DNA from: Macrostomum lignano
Lineage: Eukaryota
Direction: 5' to 3'
NCBI GenBank assembly: GCA_002269645.1
Contig: NIVC01000102.1
Coordinates: 701,950 to 765,949 of the forward strand
DNA: 64,000 nt
The notes below the pieces were generated by a model. That model was not told the DNA's origin. It did not search any database and saw nothing but the letters and a program-made list of their open reading frames with translations. A program made the position numbers and the translations under genes. Below are positions 49,201 through 59,450 of the stretch, piece after piece; the stretch's first letter is position 1; each line of letters opens with the position of its first letter.

Positions 49201-52200
49201 TACGCCATTCGCCGATATCCAACTTGACGAGATAACACCAGGATGGACGATCAACGACTTCTTGCAAGCGTTCATCACCCAACGCAAGATGATTCACCAG
49301 CTGTTCACAAGAAAGGACAAAGGAACCGGGACAGGAAGATTTCCCGTCCTTGTTTCAATGGACAGCGCCATCAAATCATTTTGGACAAACAGCTTCTGGG
49401 AGCTGCTCAATGGAAGAGGCAGCCTATATCAAGGCTTCATCTTCTACAGCGCCTGCGTTGTTTGGATAGTCACGGCGATCTTTATCATCTCGTCGATAGT
49501 ACGATGCTTCAACAACACTTGTCCCACAGCGAAACGAACAGTGAACGCCATCATGCAGAAGATACCAAGGGAAGAAGACAACAACTTGGAATTGACAGAG
49601 GATACACGTCAAGAAACTCAAGGACAGCCGACACCAGCAACGCGGCTATATCCATCGATTCCGACAACACCAACAGCACCGAGAATGCAGCCACCTACAT
49701 ATCAGCCCGAACAACACGAGCCAAAATGGCCGGAAAACTACGTCTGTACGCTACACGCCGAGATTGGCAAAGCAATGGCTCAGGTCATTGTCAACAACTT
49801 GCCATGTCGAGCACTACTGGATTCAGGCAGCTCAATCACAGTCATCTCGCAACAATTATGCAACAAGCTACGACTCGCGGTACGACCAGCAGCAATCGCA
49901 GTTGCAGGAGCAGGAGGACATTCGCTCAACATCCTAGGAAAAGCAGATATTGACTTGAAAATTGCTAATAAACAGCTGACGGTCCCGACGTACATCATCG
50001 ACAGACTACCAAACCAAGACGTCATCGTTGGAATAGACACGTTCAAACAGCTTCGACTACCATTGACCTTCGACTTCAACAAGCAAACGTTTAGGATCGA
50101 CACGGTGGAGCAACCACTGATCAATCAGATTCGAGTACTACCGAAAGTAACTCTGCAGCAAGATGTCATCATCCAGCCTGAAAGCGCATGTTGGGTCAGA
50201 GCGAAAGCGACCAGCGCGGCAGATGAAGCAATGATATTTGATCCGCACAGGAGAGTCACGGCGAAACATCAAATCATGATGCCTACGGCACTAGTGCTGG
50301 TTGCAAAAGATAAACAGCTGCCAGTACAAATCTTCAACCCGAACGCGGAAATGGTTCATCTACGACAAGGAATGTGCATCGGTCATCTCAACACTCAGGC
50401 ATCGGTTATGCTGATTGAGCACGCGACTCCACGAATAACGGAGGAAGAGTTCCAAAAGAAAATCAACCTGGACGACAGCCCGATTACGGAACAACAAAAG
50501 AAGAAAGTTCGACAACTGTTGTGGAAGTACAACGAAGCCTTCTACCATCATGATTACGACATCGGACGAGCTAAAGACATTAAACAGGAAATCAAGCTTC
50601 TACCGCACACGGAACCAATTCAGTGCAAGCCGTACCCGATCGCCAAGCATCTGCAACAACACTTTGACGAAATCATCGATAAAATGCTAAAGCACGGCAT
50701 CATCAGCAAAGCTATTTCGGCTTACTCCTCACCGTGCCTACTGGTACAAAAGAAGGAGACTAACGAAAGACGACTCGTATGCGACTTCAGACTGTTGAAC
50801 AAGTACATACCGACGGATCAGCAAAGCCTGCCGAAGATCTCCGAACTATTAGCGAAGCTCAACACGGCAAAACTGTTCACGGTATTCGACCTACGTCATG
50901 GATTTTGGCAAATAGAAATCGACAAGGAATCGCGCCAGTACACAGCTTTCAAGACCTACAATGGACAAGTCTACGAGTACAATCGATCGCCGATGGGACT
51001 TAGCAACAGCCCAGCAACGATGAGCCGACTGACAGCATACATGCTTGCAGGATGCACGAACCTGCTGCACTATGTCGACGACATTTTGGCCTATGGAGAG
51101 GATTTCGAGCGACTCTACGAAGCTACGGAGAAGGCCCTGGCGCTCATTCAACGCCAAGGTCTTAAGCTGCAACCGACGAAATGCAAATTCTTCCGAGACA
51201 ACGTGCGTTACCTAGGACACCAAGTGACAGCCAGAGGAATTTCACCGGACCCAGACAACGTGGAAAAGGTGAAGAAGTTTCCTACGCCAACCAGTATAAC
51301 GAAGGTCCAATCATTCCTTGGACTTGCGCAATACTTCAGGAAGTTCTTACCTAACTTCGCAAAGACAGCAAAGCCACTGTACGACCTGCTCAAGTTCGAC
51401 AAATGGAAGCAAGACAACTGGACACAAAGACAACAAGAAAGTTTCGACGAAATTAAACGACAGCTGACATCAGACAAACTGCTACAGCATCCAGACTTCG
51501 ACAAGCCCTTCATCATCGAGACAGACGCCTCAGGAACGGGACTCGGAGCAGTCCTACTACAGGAAACCGAGGACAAGAAGGAACGACCTATTGCCTACGT
51601 CAGTCGAGCACTCAAACCAAATGAGACAAAGTGGTCAGCTACGGAACGAGAGCTACTAGGAGTCTTGTTCGCCCTGCGACAGTTTCATTACTACATCTAT
51701 GGTTCTCCAATACAGACGATAGTACGCACGGATCATGCACCATTGACCTACGTCGTAACTACAAAAGGACAGACCAACAACCGACTTATCAGGATGACAC
51801 TCAAGATCCAGGATTACAACTACAAACTCGTCTACAAACCAGGAATTACCAACAAAGCCGCGGACGCCCTGTCAAGAGCCTATGAAGTCAACGCCATTCA
51901 TCCAATCCCTAACATCAAGGAGTTGGTGGATGAAACCGAGCGCAACAACTTCTACCAAGCGGTTAAAGACGACGACAAGAACATCAAACTCAGTCCCATG
52001 GAACGAAAATTCCTACGCAAGCAACGACAACACCTAACAATCAATAAGTCACGGCTCTACTGGATGAGCGACAATAAACCTAAGATCTACGTACCATATT
52101 CGTTTCGGCAAGCAATTCTCAACGAGCTGCACGACAACCCACTCGCTGGACACCTGTCGGCCGCAAAGACCATCGCGAGAGTGGAACAATACTACTTTTG

Positions 52201-53284
52201 GCCAACTATGTATGGCGACATCAAGCAGTATTGCAACAACTGCCATTCATGTGCTGCATCAAAGACAGGACGACGACAGAAACCGCAGCTACAGTCCATC
52301 CCGAAGTCGACTACAATGGACTGTCTAAGCATCGACATCACCGGACCACTGCCACCGAGCTGTCTCCAGGGCATCGCCTACACCTACATCCTAACCGCCT
52401 TGGACATCTTCTCGAAGTTTGCTATTGCCATACCGATACCGGACATCACAGCTCAGACAATAGCAATGAGTTTCTACAATGAAATCATTTGCAAGTACGG
52501 CACGCCGAAGAACCTCACCTCGGACAACGGATCGCAGTTTACGTCTCAACTATTTCAGCAAGTTGTGAAGATTCTCAACATTACGCAGATCTACACATCG
52601 ACCTACAATCCGAAGGCAAACATGGTTGAACGGTTTCACCGCAACCTGCACGAGATGATTACACATTTCGCGCACCAACAGCCGGAAGACTGGATCATCT
52701 ACCTGCAATCTGTAACAATGGCCTACAACAGCGCTATTCATCGATCAACGGACAATACGCCATTCTTCCTAATGTTTGGACGAGACTTCCAACCGCCGAA
52801 TCTGCTCGCACAGCAATTACTACCATCGCAGTACGTGGAAGTACCGACTTCCATTCAGAAATTCGTCACGCAACTACACCTCGCATGGAAGATCGCTAAG
52901 CACAACATTGACAACCAGGTGGCTCTGACCACCGGCAACGACGCGAGATCGACAACCCTGACGGCCGGCGACATCGTTTACCTACACTACCCGCCACAGC
53001 AGACGCATAAACACGCGCAGAAGTACAAAGGACCGTATCGAGTGGTCCAACTAACTTCACCGACAACGGCGCGTTTGGCTAATGTGCAAGATCCTCACCA
53101 ACATCAGTTCTACGTGCACATCCATCGACTAAAAAAGATTAACACGGACACGGCAACATTTCTGCCGTCACTGGACAACGCGGATCGCACGCGTTCAACG
53201 AACCGCCACATCGCGACGAAGCACGAGGAGACTCAAACGACAGAGGTGAGCCAGCCACATGGCTACAACCTACGACCACGCTAA
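46172..53284 (+). CDS. pol: Gag C-terminus (CCHC) - Env-like glycoprotein - protease - RT - RNase H - integrase polyprotein
   Basis: Frame is open from 46172. CX2CX4HX4C at 46502-46543; hydrophobic signal 47651-47707; RQRR 48629-48640; TM about 49436-49501; DSG 49820; YVDD 51071; ETDAS about 51518; HHCC and DDE integrase with GPY near 53030. Confidence 0.95.
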   Translation, partial: GTASATAASCGSAAELAARERQRLMDREQNLIQHVINNAQPSLRDRLLRENIETEEDLLRCGMQWEASAPLMTTGNNEVQKLTQQLNKLMQHQTAVIAEQKRRNEQASARCYYCGQEGHYQINCPHWSTRYDKPRQIFNNQKPQKPWQQYQNRQQQGIRRFGNDRRFGNNDRSGNDGRFGNEGRFRNNGYRPRNARYAQRQPTQAMPRYANAITYTPENEQQEQQVFTIDDLEMDFTVPELDISLIEKKTTHEDNTDNTEEANETEMIELKETTGDSRENRKKVNHKKREETESDTGNEEKMKTGRENNYESTTVDDDKTSTKDKEMKEEEECISYGNDHDCEVHDDTNGYRAEEGMQEELRAENLSSDSDQGYEVQWKDEEMEKEQMKEKPSSDSDECYEIRYKRNGEAYIQTVDYKAEKRYQTQWSETTETSEEAADEDTDITKEQSKSEAFHLNQPMEQPKEYDADMEDNEWQSQPMPAKTTARSKKWKNWLYWIIVILLIAVVAKATATEKPMICPTDAHIQPMIYKIPTDIKCSYFKTNQTKPKKITLDLYKANIKKHRQHGIVCFRDKHLVEKVWRGQWNRIRFKQHELHVSHAECLQWNQTLFSKDGELEPDEKVGNAQLFRTKNSANGRYIHFFGKWKEYMARNSYLIRNIPFYHNPFEKMESLQLQLSDCRYSKGWCPTPILRNEELYSLPLSPTYHQDYRWQIIRRGDSRYEEPSKSRQYFFAWEVEPEIDCKLQKYHTVERGLLSNTFLAKSGDLALTFQKKPVEQELKCKDTDKTLFISEQEIPVYVKDDDKRTFLTIINGTYQQQERQRRDIERPKLVSNRLLSAKITALDHNLHNQLNHLHRTLVQLTCKMHAINLNYARQNYYVNPTMTFRKITGMTNVLAVPIYEHLLIYKCTPIQHFNILPSNTSTTCYDKPRIEAFYEGKRIQGFLDTVHNIIVGTAIPRPCTTAANYYQLDNALHVIKTTGTTANITEPEVIVDENYDMEDLKIRFNRTKYTPFADIQLDEITPGWTINDFLQAFITQRKMIHQLFTRKDKGTGTGRFPVLVSMDSAIKSFWTNSFWELLNGRGSLYQGFIFYSACVVWIVTAIFIISSIVRCFNNTCPTAKRTVNAIMQKIPREEDNNLELTEDTRQETQGQPTPATRLYPSIPTTPTAPRMQPPTYQPEQHEPKWPENYVCTLHAEIGKAMAQVIVNNLPCRALLDSGSSITVISQQLCNKLRLAVRPAAIAVAGAGGHSLNILGKADIDLKIANKQLTVPTYIIDRLPNQDVIVGIDTFKQLRLPLTFDFNKQTFRIDTVEQPLINQIRVLPKVTLQQDVIIQPESACWVRAKATSAADEAMIFDPHRRVTAKHQIMMPTALVLVAKDKQLPVQIFNPNAEMVHLRQGMCIGHLNTQASVMLIEHATPRITEEEFQKKINLDDSPITEQQKKKVRQLLWKYNEAFYHHDYDIGRAKDIKQEIKLLPHTEPIQCKPYPIAKHLQQHFDEIIDKMLKHGIISKAISAYSSPCLLVQKKETNERRLVCDFRLLNKYIPTDQQSLPKISELLAKLNTAKLFTVFDLRHGFWQIEIDKESRQYTAFKTYNGQVYEYNRSPMGLSNSPATMSRLTAYMLAGCTNLLHYVDDILAYGEDFERLYEATEKALALIQRQGLKLQPTKCKFFRDNVRYLGHQVTARGISPDPDNVEKVKKFPTPTSITKVQSFLGLAQYFRKFLPNFAKTAKPLYDLLKFDKWKQDNWTQRQQESFDEIKRQLTSDKLLQHPDFDKPFIIETDASGTGLGAVLLQETEDKKERPIAYVSRALKPNETKWSATERELLGVLFALRQFHYYIYGSPIQTIVRTDHAPLTYVVTTKGQTNNRLIRMTLKIQDYNYKLVYKPGITNKAADALSRAYEVNAIHPIPNIKELVDETERNNFYQAVKDDDKNIKLSPMERKFLRKQRQHLTINKSRLYWMSDNKPKIYVPYSFRQAILNELHDNPLAGHLSAAKTIARVEQYYFWPTMYGDIKQYCNNCHSCAASKTGRRQKPQLQSIPKSTTMDCLSIDITGPLPPSCLQGIAYTYILTALDIFSKFAIAIPIPDITAQTIAMSFYNEIICKYGTPKNLTSDNGSQFTSQLFQQVVKILNITQIYTSTYNPKANMVERFHRNLHEMITHFAHQQPEDWIIYLQSVTMAYNSAIHRSTDNTPFFLMFGRDFQPPNLLAQQLLPSQYVEVPTSIQKFVTQLHLAWKIAKHNIDNQVALTTGNDARSTTLTAGDIVYLHYPPQQTHKHAQKYKGPYRVVQLTSPTTARLANVQDPHQHQFYVHIHRLKKINTDTATFLPSLDNADRTRSTNRHIATKHEETQTTEVSQPHGYNLRPR

Positions 53285-53404
53285 AGTTTCGAGAACAACC
53301 CCGTGTAGTGACCGGGATAAAGAATAGCACTACAGCTTCGCAAGCTTGTCGTAAAAGGCGACTAATCCGAGCGACACAAAGACAGCGACAAATTGACGAC
53401 AATT

Positions 53405-53779
53405 ATGGGCAACGCACTGTCGAAACAGGCGCCCCAGCCTCAGCAGCTATATGACTGCCCGATATGTTTAACTGATGACTTGGCTGTCAAGCCACCGACT
53501 ATTTGCATCAACGAACATAAAGTTTGCGGACAATGTTTAAGCGATTCACATTATATTCAGCCATGGCAGAATTGTCCCCTCTGTAGAGATAGTTTGCGAC
53601 AATGCGCCTATTGTTATTCTTGGCGCACGTTTCAATATTGTAACCACCAACATTTTATTTGCATGCACTGTTTGAAGCAAACCGCTAGTAGGGGCGTTAT
53701 AGGATGCCCCTTATGTAATAGTATGCCGCGAGACTGCACGTTTCGAAAGTGGTGTCGGATCAAACCTGATGCCACTTGA
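53405..53779 (+). CDS. Accessory ORF: N-myristoylation motif plus two RING-type zinc fingers (124 aa)
   Basis: ATG at 53405 gives MGNALSK; CPIC-x12-C-x3-H-x2-C-x2-C-x12-CPLC and CAYC-x8-C-x3-H-x2-C-x2-C-x11-CPLC. Confidence 0.8.
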   Translation: MGNALSKQAPQPQQLYDCPICLTDDLAVKPPTICINEHKVCGQCLSDSHYIQPWQNCPLCRDSLRQCAYCYSWRTFQYCNHQHFICMHCLKQTASRGVIGCPLCNSMPRDCTFRKWCRIKPDAT

Positions 53780-53944
53780 TGTCTACGCGATATTCGAGTT
53801 TTGACCGCAATATGTACTGAAAAGTTTTTAGAGTTTTGACCAAACCCTCGCTTCACTAGACGCGCACAAAATCAATTGTTTATTTCCTATATTAACTGAT
53901 CACCACAGAATTTTATTGTTAAAACTCGGGACGAGTTTTTTCGT

Positions 53945-53956
53945 AAAAAAGGGAGA
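53945..53956 (+). promoter_or_regulatory. Polypurine tract
   Basis: AAAAAAGGGAGA 3 nt before the 3' LTR. Confidence 0.85.
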
Positions 53957-53959
53957 TTT

Positions 53960-54815
53960 TGTAGAGTGTTCTACCTCCCGTTAAAAAAAGGTTAAAAGAA
54001 GATAATCGTATAATGCTACTATAAGTAAGTAAGTACACGCATGTGCGCCTAAGCTTTGAATGAATCAAGCTAACAGAAAAATATGTTACCAGAATAATAC
54101 GCCATGAGCCATTTTCCCCTTTTAGCGCAACACGAGAATTGTAATGATGCTATTTTGGATCAAAAACTTGCCTATAAATACAAGCGATCTGAAGCGGTAT
54201 CGGAGCCATTCTCCCCACGGAAGAGGAGCGCTCCGAAGAGGAAGCCTTAGGAGGACTTCCTGATATACCAAGTCAATCGAGACTCGGTCGAGTTGTTGCG
54301 GTAAGCCTTCCTTATTTGCGCCGTTGTGTTAGAGACGTCTCGCTCAAGTCTATTGAGACTTGAGTCCATTTGAGTCTGTTGAGACTCCTGAGTCTGTTTA
54401 GACTCCATTGGTTGCAGTCTCCAGAAGGACTGCCCCTGATAGATCTTAGAGGACTATCAGTGGTTTCCGGAGCTATACCTAGAGTGCATAGAGGCACTGC
54501 TAGAAGAAGGAGGCTTAACTTAGACCGCAGTTTGGCGCAGGGATCCCATTGTTAATTCGGAAGCTTCCCATTGGTCCGAGCGACAGAATCCGGCCGGAAC
54601 TATTTGAAGAAGAAAGAAGAATCGGACCCGATCTACAAACGAAAGTCAGAAGTGACTATACGAGAACAACTGAAGACAATCGAGAACTACTCCGAGAGAT
54701 CTCCAAAGGACTCAAGGTAATTGAATACCTTCTGTTGACTTACTGGGTTGCCTAGCTGCTGAGCTAGCAGTGATTGTTCCTTGATTATCGAAGTCGGGTA
54801 ATAAGGAACACATCA
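53960..54815 (+). repeat. 3' LTR (856 bp)
   Basis: Matches the 5' LTR; followed by ACAG. Confidence 0.97.
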
Positions 54816-55810
54816 ACAGCCCCTCCTCAGCACTGACCTCCAAGAGATTAATAGAAAATTGATGAGAAGTTTCATCGCCATAAACTGCAGTCCTCATGTT
54901 GATTCGCATGTGGAGCTTTTCATCTGATGGCCACAGATGCAAAGATGAGGCATGCATTTAGTCTCATCTGCTGGGTTGCCACGCGAAATTACGGCCAACG
55001 TCTGTCTAAAGTCTGCGGAGAGCAGCAGGGTGACACCACCCATGAGCTGGTTGTTGCCGCGCAGATACTTTAGCGTCAGGCTGAGTGCTTCAAAAGCCAG
55101 TTTGTGGGACATGGTACATTCATCCCAGACAATAAGCTTGCAGGCTTGCAACACTCTGACAGTGCCACTGTTCTTCTTGATGTTGCAAGGTAGTTTTTCA
55201 GCTCTTGACAGATCAAATGGCAATTTTAGTGTTGAGTGAGCAGTGCGACCACCTGGAAGTAGCGTGGCTGTGATTCCAGAGGAAGCGGCAGCAACTGCAA
55301 TCTCGCCTCCATGTCTAATCTTTGACAGAAGGAGTTTGATCAGTAAATTTTTTCCTGTCCCCCTGGAGCATCCTAGAAAAGTATTCCTCCTACATTGTTA
55401 TTCACTCTTTGCAGTACCTCTTGGTACGCTTCTGCCTGCTTAGGTAAAAGACGGGGTTCATTTTCCTCAATGAACTGACAAAGCTGCTCGCGGTCAAAGC
55501 TGGTTTCTCGCAGCATCTTCCTACTCAAATTCTCTTGTCGATGCTTCTCGGCTGTCGGACGTCCAAACATGTTCAATTGGGACGATCCGTCTCGTCTCGT
55601 CTCGTTATGGCAGACGAGATAAGTTTTGTTCGCCCATCATGCTTCAGTCAGCTTCTTTTCGGATCTTGGGCGCCGAAACCGCGTACGTCATAGACGTAGC
55701 TGCAGGCCATATCAATGTCATGATGCTTTTATGTCGATGGGCATTGAAACGTCACCGTCGAGGTCCTCAGGCCCGTCTGAACGCATGTCTGGCCCCGCAA
55801 CTTGACATCC
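54816..55810 (-). mobile_element. Helitron PIF1 helicase remnant, 5' part
   Basis: MLRETSFDREQLCQFIEENEPRLL, DAPGGTGK (Walker A) and IVWDE (Walker B); joins 44238 across the LTR insertion. Confidence 0.9.
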
Positions 55811-56659
55811 CGGGCTGGCCAGGTGGAATCCACCTTGGACCCACACTATGCTGGCCAGTACTGGCTGTGGACTTCGATTTTGTATTTTCTCATGCGCTAC
55901 TCCGTACTATTTTGAGTAGTGCATAATATATACACCAAAATTCATTATGCTGAGTACACAAAAATGAAACTAATTGCTGATAGGGAATAGTCTGATTGCT
56001 AAGTAAACTTATAGATTGCAGAAAAAAGACTTTTCTGAAAAGCAGGATCAGAAGATCGAATCGTTATAGTTTCCTTCCTATATACAAAAAATGAGTTGTC
56101 TGTGGGTATGCGATAGATTTCAGAAAAATTGGCTCAACCGATTTTCTTCAAACTTGCACCATTCGATCAGAAATTTTCCTGGGACGGTACATGCATCTTG
56201 GCTAAGAAATTGCTCAATGTTAAAGGGATTAAATATTCGAAAAACATGCTTTTTTGCAAAGGTCAAGCAGCTCTTTCGACCTGAAATGCATTGTAAGAAT
56301 GGTAGAGAAAAAACTGACTGACTGAATTTCAATTCTGATAAAGATTGCATCACAACAAGTTGAAAACATTGTCAAAGAAATGCACACACGACTTGATTTA
56401 AATTGCGTAACCAATATTGCTAACTTGAACTGAGACTGATACTGGCTGACTGAGAAATTGATTGTGTCATAACTTTTTACTTTAATTGACTTAATTTGCC
56501 TTGCCGAATTGAATTATAAGGGCCACAATTCATGTACTCCAATTGAAAAGAGATAGCCTAGATACAAACAGACTGGACTGCCAACGTAGCGACCTGGGTT
56601 CGAATCTTAGTAGTGAAAAATTTTTTTTTATTAAAACACCTTGAAAACACGAAACTGCT

Positions 56660-58900
56660 AAACATAAAAAAGCACAATGTCAAACATAAAAGAGGCACCA
56701 TGTCAAACATTACATGGGCACCATTTAAAACATATACGTGACTCTATGTCAAACATTAAAGAGCCACCATGTAAAACATAAAAGAGTCACCATTTCGAAC
56801 ATTAAAGAGCCACCATGTCAAACATTAAAGAGCCACTATGTCGAACATTAAAGAGCCACCATGTCGAACATTAAAGAGCCACCATTTCGAACATAAAAGA
56901 GCCACCATTTCGAATATTAAAGAGCCACCATGAAGAAAATTAAAGAATCACCATATCGAACATAAAACAGCCACAATGTAGAATATTAAAGAGCCACTAT
57001 GTCGAACATTAAAAAGCCACAGTGTCAAACGCTAAAGAGCCACTATTTCGAACATTAAAGAGCCACCATGTCAAACATAAAAGAGCCACCATGTCGAACA
57101 TTAAAGAGCCACCATGTCGAACATTGAAGAGCCACCATTTAGAATATTAAAGAGCCACCATGTCAAACATTAAAGAGCCACTATGTCAAACGTAAAAGTG
57201 ACCAAGATGCTTGCTATTTGGGGATACTTGCTATCTGGGGGATGCTTGCTATCTGGGGGATGCTTGCTATCTGGGATGCTTGCTATCTGGAGGATGCTTG
57301 CTATCTGGGGGATGCTTGCTATCTGGGGGATGCTTGCTATCTGGGGGGTACTTGCTATCTGGGGGATGCTTGTTATCTGGGGGATGCTTGCTATCTGGGG
57401 GATGCTTGCTATCTGGGGGGTGCTTGTTATCTGGGGGATGCTTGCTATCTGGGGGGTGCTTGCTATCTGGGTGATGCTTGCTATCTGGGGGATGCTTTCT
57501 CTCTGGGTGATGCTTGCTGTCTTGGGATGATTTCTTTTTGCATTGCACTTCATTTGAGCAGTTTGTCGGTTTTCTTTGTGAAGGTTTTTTTGTATGTCGA
57601 ATATTAAACAGCCACCATGTCAAACATAAAAGAGACACCATGTCAAACATAAAAGAGCAACCATGTCGAACATTAAAGAGCCAGCATGTCAAACATTAAA
57701 GAGCCACCATGACAAACATTAAAGAGCCACCATGTCAAACATTAAAGAGCCACCACGTCAAACATTAAAGAGCCACCATGTCGAACATTTAAGAGCCACT
57801 ATGTCAAACATTAAAGAGCCATCATGTCAAAAATTAAAGAGCCACCACGTCAAACATTAAAGAGCCACCATGTCGAACATAAAAAGAGCCACTATGTCAA
57901 ACAAACACGTGACTTCATGTCAAATATTAAAGAGCCACCATGTGAAACATACACGTGACTCCATCTCAAACATTAAAGAGCCACTATTTCAAACATAAAA
58001 GAGCTACCATGTCAGACATAAAAGAGCTACCATGTCAAATATACAAAAGCCATCATGTCAAACATAAAACAGCCACATATACGTGACTTAATGTCAAACC
58101 TTAAGGAGCCACCATGTCAAACATTAAAGAGCCACCATGTCGAACATTAAAGAGCTACCATCTCAAACATAAAAGAGTCACCATGCCAAACATAAAAGAG
58201 CCACCATGTCAAACATAAAAGAGCCACCATTTTAAACATATACGTGACTCCATGTCAAACATTAAAGCGCCATCATGTCAAACATATATGTGACTGCATG
58301 CCAAACATAAAAGAGCCACCATGTCAAACATAAAAGAGCCACCATGGCGAACATTAAAGAGCCACCATGTCAAACATAGAAGAGACACCATGTCAAACAT
58401 AAAGAGCCACCATGTAAAATATAAAAGAGCTACTATGTAAAATATAAAAGGGCCATCATGTCAAACATTTACGTGACTCAATGTCAAACATTAAAGAGCC
58501 ACCATATCGAACATTAAAGAGCCACCATATCGAACATTAAAGAGCCACCATGTTAAACATAAAAGAGCCACCATGCCAGACATAAAAGAGCCACCATGTC
58601 AAACATATACGTGACTCCATGTCAAACATTAAAGCGCCATCATGTCAAACATATATGTGACTGCATGTCAAACATAAAAGAGCCACCATGTCAAACAACT
58701 AAGCCACCATGTCAAACAAAGAAGAGACACCATATCAAACATAGAAGAGCCACCATGTCAAACATAACAGAGACAACATTTCAAACGTAAAAGGGCCGCC
58801 ATGGTAAACATAAAAGAGCCACTATGTCAACATTAAAGAGCCACCTTTTTAAACATAAAAGAGACACCGTTTCAAACATAAAAGAAGTGTCATGCCAAAC
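56660..58900. repeat. 23-bp satellite (TAAAGAGCCACCATGTCAAACAT)n, interrupted at about 57205-57600 by the G-rich 18-mer array
   Basis: Period of 23 seen directly (57061, 57084). Confidence 0.95.
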
Positions 58901-58949
58901 AAAATGGAGCCACTATAAATCTAAGGAAATATCTGCACTAGCTACTTTC

Positions 58950-59450
58950 TCTAGTGGATGCTTGCTATTTAAGGATGGATACTTGCTATCAAGGGGATGC
59001 TTGCTATTGGGAGATGCTTGCTCTTGGGGGGTGGAGGGTACTTGCTATCTAAGAGGGGGTTGCTAGATATCTATAAGGTCTCTTTGTATCCAGGTTAATG
59101 CTTGCTATTTGGGGTTGCTTGCGGTCTGGGGGATGCTTGCTCTTGGGGGGTGGAGGGTACTTGCTATCTAAGAGGGGGTTGCTAGATATCTATGAGGTCT
59201 CTTTGTATCCAGGTTAATGCTTGCTATCTGGGGGATGCTTGCTATCAGGGGTTGCTTGCAGTCTGGGGGATGCTTGCTATTTGGGGGATGCTTGCTATCT
59301 GGGGGATGCTTGTTATCTGGGGGATGCTTGCTATCAGGGGTTGCTTGCAGTCTGGGGGATGCTTGCTATCTGGGGTTGCTTGCTATCGAGGGTTGCTTGC
59401 TATCGGGGGGATGCTTGCTATCTGGGGGATGCTTGCTGTCTTGGGATGTT
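58950..59450. repeat. G-rich (GGGGGATGCTTGCTATCT)-family array
   Basis: Seen directly. Confidence 0.92.

Larger units (their letters stand above)
44239..54815 (+). mobile_element. Full-length Ty3/Gypsy-type LTR retrotransposon / endogenous retrovirus-like element with env-like region (10,577 bp)
   Basis: Paired LTRs with TG...CA ends, 4-bp TSD ACAG, PBS, PPT, and PR-RT-RH-IN domain order. Confidence 0.97.
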
